DNA of 63,138 nucleotides, counting the filler. It is 14 parts of 14 records of this genome, joined end to end, with 100 filler letters (N's around TTAATTAATTAA, not from the genome) between each part and the next. Parts side by side here need not be neighbours in the genome. Positions count along the whole stretch, not along the records: positions 6,766 to 15,362 come from SRR15195285_10886; positions 15,463 to 20,162 come from SRR15195285_10896; positions 20,263 to 23,396 come from SRR15195285_10899; positions 23,497 to 28,074 come from SRR15195285_10901; 10 more parts are not named here. One strand, given 5' to 3'. Shown one piece after another: positions 12,053 through 23,635 of this stretch. A program made the position numbers and the translations under genes. The notes beneath the pieces are model-generated. The model saw only the letters and a list, made by a program, of their open reading frames with translations. It was not told the DNA's origin and searched no databases. Within the stretch, counting starts at the first letter, position 1. Every line of letters starts with the position of its first letter.

Positions 12053-13885
12053 CTACTGGATAACGACGTCCGCGCAGTTCTGCCATACTTGGTTCGTCTG
12101 CACAGTGGCAGCGCGCGATCAGGCCAACGAACGATCAGAAGAGTCCACGAAAAATCAGAAGAGCCCACGTAGCCTGCGCACCTGCTCGCAGTCCCAGCGC
12201 CACGAGACCAAATATTCTCCTGGCTCGACGTCTGGGACCCGTACTCGATCAACGATGTTGGTCGCCATCATTGGATTGTGTGCCGAGCAACTGTTGCCTG
12301 GTGAATCTTCCACCTGCTCGTGACCTATGCCCTCTGCAAGCGCCTCTGTGACATCTAGTGTGGGAGTCCTCGCGCCACACCATTGCCAGCCACTCCACAA
12401 GCTGCTCATTCCATGGACCGGCTCCGGAAACTGCAGGTCGACATGCTGTGCTGTACAGCTTCCAGGCAGGCCGTTGCCAGCACACGCGGCGACACAGTCT
12501 TGATAGCGCCACCAGTCCTGTGCTGACCCAGTGCCAGGTGCTCTCACCATGTCCTGCAATCATTGTGCGCAACCCAGCCAGAGAGTAATTATTCTTCTGA
12601 GCCAATGGCTTCACGTCAGTTGTGGTTCAGAGTGGACAGATGCTTAGTCGTATGCGTGATCGCAGCATAGCTTTTGTCGACGCACCGGATGCTCACAACA
12701 AGACGCGCAATCTGCAGCGGTGCAGTTGATCCATGTGTGATGCTGTGGGTCGGATGCCATTCGTTGCGGGCCTGTATAACGACATGCTGGGATAGGGCAG
12801 CGTGCCCACATGGAGCCTGCCGGAAAGGTCCCTGTGGTTACCGTCACGCGTGGAATTGCGACACGGCTGATGTTCACTGGCGATGGTGGTGGCGGCGGCC
12901 TGATAGCCACGGAAGTATAACCTTCGTGCGCAGCCAAGGAGCAGGCTTCATACCACGAACAGTCGTCGTTCGATTGGGAGAAGGACACATAACGTGCCCG
13001 CTGTCCACACTTCTGCGTGAGGATAAATATAGCACATTCTGCTACGTTGGAGACACCGTTGGAGCGGGCATGGAACGACCCACTGCTTGTCGTGGTGTTG
13101 CAGCCTGCGAAGCTGGGCGTCATTCCACACAACCCGCCTGTTGGGTGGTCGGGATCATGGCTGACACCAGACGCGGGACGCGGAGGCTGCGTCTGCAGAA
13201 ATGAAGTCTCTCCGACAAACTCGAGGTGGCCAGCCTGAAAGCACTCTTCTGTCACGTTCCTGTTTGCTTTGCAAATGCGGTACGCGTAGCCACCGCCGTC
13301 TGCACGACAATTTCAACTGAGTTTGGTGAGATATGTGCACACCTACATCGCAAGTTGGGGCGAACAGATGTGCTCACGGTTCGCATTGTTTGCCCACGCA
13401 ACATCAACTGTAGAGTTTCGCTTCCATATCGTAGGCGGTGTGCCGTACAATCGAGGGAGATACTTGCCGTCCATGTTCTGGACCAGACCGAATTCTCTAG
13501 CTGTTCCTCCGTCCATCTCTCGCTCCGGGCCGCCAGCACCAACACCGCAGCCCGACCCGTGCACAGGCGCGGACCCCGGAGCCCGCCAAGGGCTCGTGCG
13601 CGTGTAGTCAAGCACCCCGTCAGAAATATCGATGTTGTATGTCCGCAGCTCTTTGGCGTCCAGCGTTGGCTCGCCGGGGATCCTTGCGATCGGATCGTCG
13701 GGACGACCTGTCGCAGGGTTTTTCGTGAAGTTGGAATCCGGCTGCGAGAACCACATGCACTCGCCGTGCAAGCAGTCAGCGGCCTTCTCCAAGCTCCCAC
13801 CGTTGCGACTTGGAGGCAAGGTCATGTGCCCGTGTCCGCCAGCTGCGGCGAGGCACGAGGAGAAGATGGCCAAGCGCAGAAACAT
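12053..13885 (-). CDS. Secreted His-brace lytic polysaccharide monooxygenase-like protein (chitin-binding type-4 / AA15-like), 4 exons
   Basis: Signal peptide MFLRLAIFSSCLAAAGG followed by His1 (HGHMTLPPSR); spliced NHGGGYAYRIC; TGTFPAGSMWARCPIP; GEYLVSWRWDCEQ/TNQVWQNCADV. Introns 13300-13377, 12554-12685, 12098-12181. Confidence 0.82.
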
Positions 13886-14097
13886 CGCCACGAGTTGTCC
13901 GCACTGACGGATGAGTCGGTCGCACAGACCCGCCAGCTAGCAGGGGCGCCCCAGCCATGCATGCACGCGCGTGCGCCGCTGCCGGCTGCGCGCGCGTGCC
14001 AGGCGTGAGCGTGCGAGACGGACGCGCCGGCGGACCCGCCGCGCGGCGGCGGCTCCACCAGAGCTCCACGCCGACACGAGCCGGCTGGCAGGCGCCC

Positions 14098-15362
14098 ATG
14101 AGTGAGAGTTGGAGTGGCGTGAGCGCATCAGCGCGGAGCGTGGGGGGCGGTAGATCACTGGCGCAACCGGCAGAGGGCGATCCGGTGAGCTATGATCCAG
14201 TTGACGAGACGTTCGAGGAGGCTAAGCCGCGGCTTCTGGCTTCGAAGGTGTGGCGGTGAGCGTGAACCAGAGCTCCTGTAGGCAGATGAATTCGCCCGCG
14301 CTGCCGCCATGAAGTCCAGCAGCCAACCCTCATACGAGCGCTGCCCGCTGACAGAGAACCGACGCAGGCCGAACTGAACACCGCCACCAAGGACATTGTG
14401 GGCCACATCATCTGCGTTAGCGGCCACGGTGTTGGTAAGGTGGTCGAGTTCCTCAACAATGGAGGCTTCGGAGTAAAGTCTGGCCATCGGATTGAGTTCG
14501 GCGATCCTTTCAATGACGGCAGTGAGTACCTCAACTCTGCAGAGTTGCTCTTCGCCTCTGCCTTCCGGCCAGCTGGAGCCTCACGGTTGTCTCTGCGTTC
14601 TAGGTGAGTCGGATCAGAAAGAGGTGAAGCTAAAACGGAAGAAGAACAATGAGACAGAGTGGCTATGGCGCACTGCCGACAAGCCGGGCACTGCGTCCAG
14701 AGGTTTCACGAAGAAGAAGCACCTGCATGGCTTGCCACCACAGACCCCGCAGCACACGATGGACATTTTCAAAGAGGCCAACAGGCTAAAGAAACAACAG
14801 ACTGGCAAACACCTGAACTCGACCGACATCAGGACGATCATACAGGATGCTGCGAAAAAGGGCATCAATATCATCACTGACGTCGACGCGATGGAAAAGC
14901 TCTACCCGACAGCTGACGCTACAGCGCCACCTATTCCAGATTTCCCTGCGGCAGCAAGCACATCGGCTGCTTCTGAAGAACCACTGCCGCCAGCTGCAGC
15001 GCGACAGCTGGAGGTGGCGAAGGCGGCAATGCAGCAGCAGATGGAGCAAGCGATGCAGCAGACGCTGGAAGATTTCAACTCTAGGCTACAGACGGCCCGT
15101 GCAGAGAAGGACTTGGAATGGCGAACCAAGTACGACGAACTCACGGCTATGTACAATGCTGCTGCGGCGGAGAAGGAGGCGCTGCAGCTGCAGCTAAAGG
15201 AGCTGCAAGGTGCTGCGAGCACGGGGCCTCCACCACCAGTTCCAACAGTTGGTGCAGGCGCGACGCCGTCGGCTCCTGCCTCCACCCCTGTCCAGAAACC
15301 TGGCGGTCCCTCACCACCACCACCTGCGGTGGCGCCGCCGCCACCGCCGCCGCCGCCGCCGC
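14098..15362 (+). CDS. Hypothetical protein with coiled coil and poly-proline tract, 3'-partial; divergent from the LPMO gene
   Basis: Spliced MSESW..SKVWR/EPTQAELNTATKDIVGHIICVSGHGVGKVVEF..HRIEF../EVKLKRKKNNETEW; Q/E-rich coiled coil; PPPPP run into the contig end (FH1-like, unproven). Confidence 0.6.
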
Positions 15363-15462
15363 NNNNNNNNNNNNNNNNNNNNNNNNNNNNNNNNNNNNNN
15401 NNNNNNTTAATTAATTAANNNNNNNNNNNNNNNNNNNNNNNNNNNNNNNNNNNNNNNNNNNN

Positions 15463-17529
15463 CGGAGACGGCGGCGGCGGCGGCGGCGGCGGTCGTGGTG
15501 GAAACGACGGCGCAGAACACGCGCCTGCGCCTGCGCCCGCGCCCGCGCCTGCTCCAACTCCTGTGCCTGCGCCGGGAGAGTCTGGTACACGCATCGCAGA
15601 ATTGGAGCAACAGCTAGCTGATATGCAGGTGGAGACCGAAGCGTTGAGGGCTGCAGCAGCTGCGAACACGGCTGCTCCCAGCTCTGCTTCCGCACCCGCA
15701 CCGACGCGATCTGCAGACAGTTCGCGTGGGCAGTCTGTGGCGCAGTGGGAAGCCGAGAAGAAATTGCGACAGAAGAACGAGCGGCTGATGGCGCGGCTCA
15801 AGGATTCCAACGGTAGGTTGACCAAAGCGCAGGCGGACTTGGAAGAGTGGCAGGGGACCGGTGAGGTAGCTGTGCGAGACCTAAAGAAAGAACAGGACAA
15901 GGTGCGCGATCTGACGAAGAAGCTGGAGGCTGCATTAGCAGCGTCCGGACCTTCAGCACAGGACCTAGATCGAATAACTGCCAGCGAAGCTGACAAGAAG
16001 AAGATCATGGAACTCGATGCGGAGGTTCGTCGGCTGAACGTGACCCTGAACGTCGACTCAGCCCAGCAGGTGTCTCGGCTAGAAAAAGAGGCACAAGACT
16101 ACAAAGAACAAGCAGCACAACTGGAGACTATGGTCAAGCACCATCAGAACCAGCTAGAAGTAGCCACTTCGGAGTCAGGGGTGGACCAGGAATGGCTGGA
16201 ACAGACCAACAAAGATCTGCTGACAGCCGTGATGAATGCGCTTCAGGATGGCCAGGCAATGCAGAACCAGGTGTTGAGGCTCGAGAACGAGGCCCTCTCG
16301 AGCAAGTTTGCGGCGGAAGATGGCCGACGAGAGAATGCCGTTTTGACTACTCCTGTTGATGAGCTGCAAGCTCTAACTGAATACCTGCGCCGCGGGCAAG
16401 CTGCGAGTGGCGGTCCGATAGCAGGCCCGGGCGCCGGCCCTAAGGGCAGTCGACGCAAACGTGAGCGGGAGATCGAGCTGGAGGCTGTCATTGAGTCCAT
16501 GAAGCGAGTCGTTGAAAAGCAGCAGCATGAGAACGAGCACCTGCGCAAGACTGGCACGACCCACGCCAAGTTCATGGACCTGACCCGGGAGAACCGTTCA
16601 CTGAAGAAATCGAAGGCGGAGATAGCAGTAACAGTAGCGGAGCTCGAGAAGCAGCTTGCCGCGGCAGAGGAGGCAGCTAAGCGCGCAAATCAATCGAACC
16701 ACACGACGTCCGGCGTGCGCCGCGAGCTCAAGAAGGCCCAGGGTGAGCGAGAACGAGCCGTTGAACACTCGGTAGCGCTGCAGGCTGAGGTAGATGAGGC
16801 GCACGCTCGGGCTCAGGTAGCCGAAGATTCGCTCGAGCGCGTGCGACGTGGCACTGATGGTGCACTTGCGCAACTACGAACCCGCAACGCTGGCCTGGAA
16901 GAGGAAGCTACGCGGCGCGAGGACAAGCTCGCGCAGGTCTCGGCACAGCTAGCCGAGGCACTGCAGTACCAAGAAGAGCTGCGCGCGCGTCTTGGCCAGG
17001 CAGGCAGCGGCTCAGGCGACGGATCGCAAGCGATACAGGAGGAACTCGAGCGGCTGCGACGGCTGGTGCAAGAGGGTGGTGCTGCCGCTGGCTCCACCCC
17101 GGCGGGCGCTAGCATGAGTTACGCCGAGCTGGCAGAACTGTATGCTCGGCTGCTGGAGGACCGGGATCGTGTGGCAACGGAGGCCGAGGCGATGCGCGAT
17201 GAGCTGAGTGCGTTCGACCCAGCATTTTTCGAAGAATTGGAGGACCTCAAATATGAGTTCGAGCAGGTCAAGATGCAGAATCAGCAATATGTGCGCGTTG
17301 CGCTGCCCTGCCCTGCCTGCCTTGCCCGGTCTGACTTTGCTATGATCAGTACCGCTCTGGTGTGCTGCGTGCGCACTGCTGGACGCATATGTGGCGTGGG
17401 ATGCAACCCCGCATGCTTGCTTGGCTAACATTTGCGTTTGGGTCTGTGCGTCTGGGGCATCTTGTGCGACAGGTGGAACAGCTTCGGGACATGAGCGATG
17501 CAGCAGGAGTATCGTTCACGCCTCTCTGA
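15463..17529 (+). CDS. CEP290: Centrosomal/transition-zone protein CEP290, C-terminal part
   Basis: Coiled coil with QWEAEKKLRQKNERL, MKRVVEKQQHENEHLRK and the diagnostic C-terminal ELSAFDPAFFEELEDLKY; last intron 17291-17472, stop 17527-17529. Confidence 0.85.
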
Positions 17530-17681
17530 GGTGCGACGTTCAGATCCAATAGTAGTGTACACGAAGTCAGGAGTCAGCAGACCAAAAAATGAATTCATGC
17601 ACACATGTGTATACGTCGAGTTGGAGCGGTCCAACCATCTAGGATCGCGAAGCCACTTTATCGCCAATGATGAGCAGCACT

Positions 17682-20062
17682 TCATCGCTCGTTAGCATCG
17701 CTAGCATCGCTTGGTGTCAGTACTGGCGGAACATAGCCAGGCTCCTTCGATGTCTCCGTCAACTCAATTTGCACATTGCCAGAGTCGTGCTGCTGGGTAC
17801 TGGTACGGGCAACGTAGCTATTGATGACTTTCGCGAGCCTGTCGACGTTGCACAACGAGGTCGCGGCGCGGTGAGTTGCAATTCGATGACTCAGCAGTGG
17901 CACATTCGTGACATGCCATGGCAAGCAGTACCGTAGTGCCAGAGTCGAATGCACGTTTGCTCGGATGCTTACTTATCAAAGTGCCCAAGCGCGTCAGCGA
18001 TAGTCACAAGCACGCAGATGAACGTCATAATTGCGGCAAAATTCAGTGGAGCATTGCTTTTGAAGTCATTCAGCGGGGCGCCGCTGCCAGTAAGAGCGTC
18101 GTTCCAGACTTTCCCTGTGATGTACGCCATAACGCCACCCAGCAGTGCACTCAACTCCCACTCGATCACGAACCCTGCCTGTGAGGTGACAGCACTAGGC
18201 TCTTTTGCGTTGGTTAGAGCAATGGCCTACCGTGCATTCACACCGAACTCGGTGAGAATCAAAGTCTGAGCAATGCTGTACTCACTGTCTTGATGCATGC
18301 TCTTGTGCTACTGCTTACATGTTCTAACTTGCGACGCATAACCCTGTCTCTGCTGGTCAAGAACCAAGCGGCGATGAAGGTCCACACAATCGCGTAGATG
18401 AACACAAGCCAGTCGATACCCCAAAGCACTTCGTAGGGGCAGCATTTACCAACCCAGCACTCTCCCTCTTCTTCACAGACGTAGTCAGCAACTGCTTGTG
18501 CGCTCGCGTCCTGTATTCTCAATACCCCTGCGTCGTGCGCAACCAAGTCATCCTGGTTTCCGGAGTTGTCTGACAATGAGGTGCTGGCTGATACACTGCT
18601 AGTGTCGGTCGCATTCAAGACAATCGTGTGCGAAACATTGCCCGCGACGGTTTCGCTCAACCCCAGCTGGCCCGCAGCTGCCTTCCCACCATCGATAGCC
18701 GCTTCTGTGGCCGCGGTGGCATTGGCAATGTTAGACGAGCCCTGTCCCATGAGCTGCTGTGGTGTCGCTGGGTAGAAGAAGATATCATAGCTGTGTGGCG
18801 TAAATGTCTTGTCAATAGCTCGAAACAGAGCCTGAGTGCCGGTGTACCCAAGCATCGGGATGAGGAGGCCCCGCAAGCGCTCAAATGCGCGCATCAGCAG
18901 CGCTGCAGCATCCCACTCGCCACGGTCCATCAATGCGCCCACGAGTGCATCGCGGATCGGCCGCTCAGTCGTCCTTTTTTCAAAGATCAGCAGCGGCAGG
19001 GTTGCACCCACTGTGAGCACAACCAGCAGCCAGCGAGCGACCAGGGGCAGGTTATGAAGTCCGCCAGCATAGTACACCAGCGTAGCTCCGCTTCGGCCGT
19101 CTGGGCTGGTCCCTTCGTCGTTGCCCGTGGGCCAGAACACAGCGATCGTCACCTCCAAAGCCTGCATCAAGGCAATAGCCAGCAGCCACGCCATAGAGCC
19201 ACCAAATGCTTTCGCAATTCTAGCCGCACGAGTATCCTCCGCGGCCACCGACGGGTCGGATGCTATGCCGGACGCGTACTTGCGGGCCCAAGCGGTTAAC
19301 ACTGGCGCCAGCTCCCAGCTTGCCATCGAGAAGATGAACACGAACGTCAGGTTGAGGCAGAAGTACAACCAGGCACCACTGAGAAGTGTGTACGATAGAA
19401 ACGTGTGCAGCGCGATACTCCAGAGCGCCGCGCTATTGTAGATCCAGCCACCGGAAATGAGGTCAACAGCTTTCAGAGCTTTCGTGGCGACCAGTTTCTC
19501 CTCAGCCACTGTGAGTGCACCACCCTCGTCGGCCTCCTTGGCAACCGTCTGCTCGATCTTGTCGCGGAGGAAGTACAGCGCCCACACTATCATCGCGACG
19601 ACGACAGTGGCACATGCGCAGTAGAGCGTGAACCAGATCATCTCTTCCCCCGTCATGTTTTGGCACAGCGCGCCGGCTTTGGCATGCTCGGTGCTGAAGC
19701 AGGCATACTTCTTCACCCAGGCACTCCAGCCACCAGCAGCCACATACGAGGTCGCGGCAACGAGCAAAGTGAACGCTTTCTCCAAGCGTGACTCGTCCTC
19801 CTGCGCCGCATCGGCCAGCTCCTTGCGCCAGGAATCGATGTCCCGCTGGTCCCACCGCGCGAAAGCCGCCCCGGTGCTCATACCGCGCACGCGCTTCCCC
19901 CCCACCCGGCCCTCGCGGGTCGCCCGCACTCTGCGCGTCGAGATCGCCAGTGAACCACGGGCCGTCCTCCCCGTCCTCCCCGTTCTCCCCGTCCTCGTCG
20001 AGGTTGGACAGCCGCTCGTAGTGCCGGTGGCTACGCTGCCGCGCCTCTGCCAAGCTCCGCAT
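17682..20062 (-). CDS. Uncharacterised multipass membrane protein (more than 10 predicted TM segments), 3 exons
   Basis: Many hydrophobic helices in the 556-aa ORF; spliced to AGFVIEWELSALLGG..ALGHFDK and LAKVINSY..DANER*. 5' end ambiguous: ATG 20062 needs a frameshift at a G7 run; alternative ATG at about 19881. Confidence 0.65.
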
Positions 20063-20262
20063 CCATGTTACACCCCGTGGGTGGCGGGCAGTGCTTCCAG
20101 TGCTTCCAGTCTAACAGTGTATGCAGGTGACTGCGGCACTCTATATCGCTGGCTTCGAGCGANNNNNNNNNNNNNNNNNNNNNNNNNNNNNNNNNNNNNN
20201 NNNNNNTTAATTAATTAANNNNNNNNNNNNNNNNNNNNNNNNNNNNNNNNNNNNNNNNNNNN

Positions 20263-20288
20263 TGACTCTGTTTTTAAAAACAGAGTCA
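20263..20288. repeat. Perfect 26-bp palindrome TGACTCTGTTTTTAAAAACAGAGTCA at contig start
   Basis: Self-complementary over its full length; TGAC...GTCA ends shared with the other short elements. Confidence 0.85.
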
Positions 20289-20764
20289 CGTAACGGCACT
20301 ATATAACAAGGCAACCCCGTCACTACACGCACGTGCCCCGCATTCTCAGCTCACCCTCGAGAAGCCCCGATACTAGGGTTTGTGCTCTTCGGTATGGTGG
20401 TTCTAGACATCGGTGGTTCTAGCTAGATATAGGCTTGCTGAAGACCGATGTGTTTTCAGCTGGCACACTGGTAGGCAACTTTATTGTCTTCTTCAAGGTC
20501 ATACAACAACAATAAATGCTTGTCACGAAGCATCTCATTTCAGATCTTCTGTGCAGTGTGTCTCTGCAATCTCCCACACAAGCACTTCGCTGCTGGAGGA
20601 GCATCATCGTAGCTACACATCTATAATAACGCTCGTGGTGCTCACGACTCTACGATGGCACGCTGCGGCATCTCCTACTGCAGAGATCATTTCATCTAGA
20701 TGCCTGTCCAAATTTCTGATTGCTGTATACCCAAGGTAGTGTACCTGGCCACGATCGACTGTTG

Positions 20765-23232
20765 TCACCCACTGGGTGCCGCCAGCATCGCCGATAGTTC
20801 TTGTGCCAAGACATTCACACGGCCTGCGATATCAACAACTTGACGACCTTTGGCCTCCACCTTGCTAAAGCTGCCACTGGCGTTAGCACCATGTTCTTGG
20901 CCGAAATGCCCATCGCCACCGCTGTAGCCGTAGCTAACGGGTGGGGGCCTCGGCCCGGCATATCGATACGCACCAACGGCGTTCGGCGGATTGCTGCGAG
21001 TTTCCGAAGCCTCTTGCTCATGTATACCCGCGTACCGCGAAGGTGCCACTTTCGCCGTTGCTGACTCTGTGGAAAACCTCACAAATTCTGCTCTTTCGAC
21101 CGGCAGCTGCAGACACTGCTGCACAAATGGACCATCCCAGCTACTGCTCAAGCTTCTTGGCCCACGCGGCGGCGAGAGTGGTAGCGATTCAACAGACTCA
21201 CGAGGTACACCGCCCTTCTCGTTGTTATGATGCGAGCCAGCAGGAAGTTGTGCCTGCTGCGCCTGCGCCTGCGCCAGCGCTGCACGCTGCAGTGCAAGCT
21301 CTTCCTCGTACCGTCGACCCGCCGTGCTCATCGCCACTTCGACCTCTTTCGTTCTTTCCTCCGCCGCGTCCGCTCTCTCCTCTGCTTCTCTCCGCTTGCC
21401 CTCAGCTGCTTGCACCTTATCTGCCGCTTCAGCCGTTGCCAAACGCATCGCCTCTTCCAAAGCTGCGGTATGGGCCTCTTCAAGGGCCTCCAATGCCTGT
21501 TTGTGGTTCGTTTCTAGGTCTCGGACCCACGATGAGCTCTCTTCTTCAGCCTTTTCTAACTCCACTCGCGCTGACACCTCTGCCTCAGCCAGTGCTTCCA
21601 GGACGTAATCCACGGCGAGAGACCCTTCACCATCTCGTACGCCAAGCTGCGATGCTCCCGCGGCTTCTACCAGCGCGCCGACGCATCGCTTGATCGAAGC
21701 GACTTGCGCCGCACCAACAGTGTGGGATGCCCGGCGGAGAGCGCTGTGTACGGGAAGGCAACCTTCGTTGTCTGCGGCCAGAGTTTGTTGCTCAGCGTTC
21801 CCACGGCTCAGAAGTGCAGACAGGAGCTGCTCATCGCCCGTGGTAGCGGCATAATGAAGAGGAATCTGTCCATTATCTCCAGCCATTAAGCACTGTTCTG
21901 CTGTACCCGCCTGTGAGAGTAAGCGTTTGCAAACGTCGGTGATCAGGCAATATGGCGGCAGCAAGGCTCACAGACAGCAAGTACCGGCGTGCGGGCTGCG
22001 AAAATGAGAGTGGTAGTCTTACAGCTAGCAGCACTAACGGAACTTCTGTGTTTGAGCTACTGAGAGCATACTGCAGCGGGATGCGCCCATTGCTATCTGG
22101 CTGCAGCAGCTGTTCTGCTCCTCCCACGGTGATCATCAGCTGCAAGCTTGCGACATCTTTCGTTTCCACTGCGTAGTGAGCTGGTAGCTTTCCACCCTTA
22201 CCAGCACCTGAGTCTCGCACGGCAGAACGAAGGCAGCGGCAAAACGCTGTGTTGGTGCGCAGAGATGGCTAAAACAGAGGCGAATACGGCTGGTGCATGC
22301 ACGAGAAACGTCGGCGTACTTAGTAGCTGCTCCTTTGCACAGTCGGTGGCGAGCAGCACCGTGAGCGCGTCGACATTTCTAGTGCGCGCGGCGTGATGAA
22401 TCGGTAGCTCAGCGTTTTTGCCGCTGCCAGCTCTCGTCAGCAGAGGTGATGTATTGCCAACTGCAGCAGCAGCGACCGCAAGCTCCAGAAGTTTTGCTGG
22501 GCTGTTCTTCCGACCGCCACTCTTGTCCTGGTCGCCTTTGCCATTCTTCTTCGTCGGTTGAGCGGGTTTCTTCTGTTTCTTCTTTTTCACCTTCTTTGGC
22601 TTGCCTGCGAAACCAAAGCGCCTCATGATCGCAGCCGTGCGCTCGCCAGAATCGGTGCTCTCTTCCGTGCCCTTTCCAGTCGCACAGATCGCCACGTAGC
22701 CACAGCCCTCCGGCTCGTCCTGCGCGCCCTGCTCCAGCAGCCACAGCGCGACTTCGGGATTTCGCCCCAGACAGCTCTGGTACAGAGGCGTCCGCGAGCG
22801 CGTCCCCTTCGCGTTGATCGAGTACCTGCTCAGATCACCCAAGTTTCCACATCATATCAATCCAAGACAACGGGTAAACCAAAGACAGCGACAGAGCCGA
22901 AGAGACGACAGTCCGAGATGACTGGCAGGACAAGACTGAGACAACGATCAGTCTAAGCTGAGCTGAACAGCAGGACAGCAGCAGACAGGCAGAGCATCAT
23001 CATGCTGCCCCCTTCTTGCCGCTCCTCTGTGCTTTTGCCCAACTCAGCACAAGAAATGAACAGGTCCAGGCGGAGCTAGAGAAGGACGTGGAACGTCACA
23101 CAAACGGACGGACGGACAGATGACTTACCCTTCGAGGTGCTCCGCCTCCCTCAGCCGCTGCTGCACCACACCCAGCTCGCCCGCCAGCGCCGCATCGCAT
23201 GCGAGCTGCATCACTTCCGCCAGCGCCAGCAT
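20765..23232 (-). CDS. Ankyrin-repeat protein with C-terminal coiled coil, multi-exon
   Basis: Ankyrin units RTPLYQSCLGRNPEVALWLLEQGA, ELPIHHAARTRNVDAL, KLPAHYAVETKDV, GRIPLQYAL, GQIPLHYAATTGDEQLL; first exon MLALAEVMQLACDAALAG ends at a GTAAGT donor. Confidence 0.8.
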
Positions 23233-23635
23233 CACCACCTCGTCCACACAGCAGAGAGAGCCTATTGGCTGGCGGCTCTCTACCGTGTCTATGGCCAAAA
23301 AAGCACCGCACCCGGCAGCGCGACCAACGAAGGGACCGGTGTGTTTTTCTTTTCAATTTTTATGCGGTCTGTATTGGAAAATTGTACCATTCTGTTNNNN
23401 NNNNNNNNNNNNNNNNNNNNNNNNNNNNNNNNNNNNNNNNTTAATTAATTAANNNNNNNNNNNNNNNNNNNNNNNNNNNNNNNNNNNNNNNNNNNNGCAG
23501 CTGGTGACCATTTTTGAGATTCATGGGTGACTATTCCGGTGTTCACACGCGTGATCAGCTAATTGGAGACAGGATGGCGTGCGGCCCAGACATCATGGCT
23601 CTAGAGAGCTATTTATTGAGTGTTGCTAGTGTCTC

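Noticed and set aside
15300-15560. Poly-Pro end of contig 3 facing the GGC-repeat start of contig 4, suggesting one gene or an inverted repeat
   Set aside because: Independent (CCG)n microsatellite breakpoints on either side of a spacer.
23505-23546. TGACTATTCCGGTGTTCA near contig start resembling the mini-element end
   Set aside because: Only partial similarity, no inverted arms or flanking duplication.
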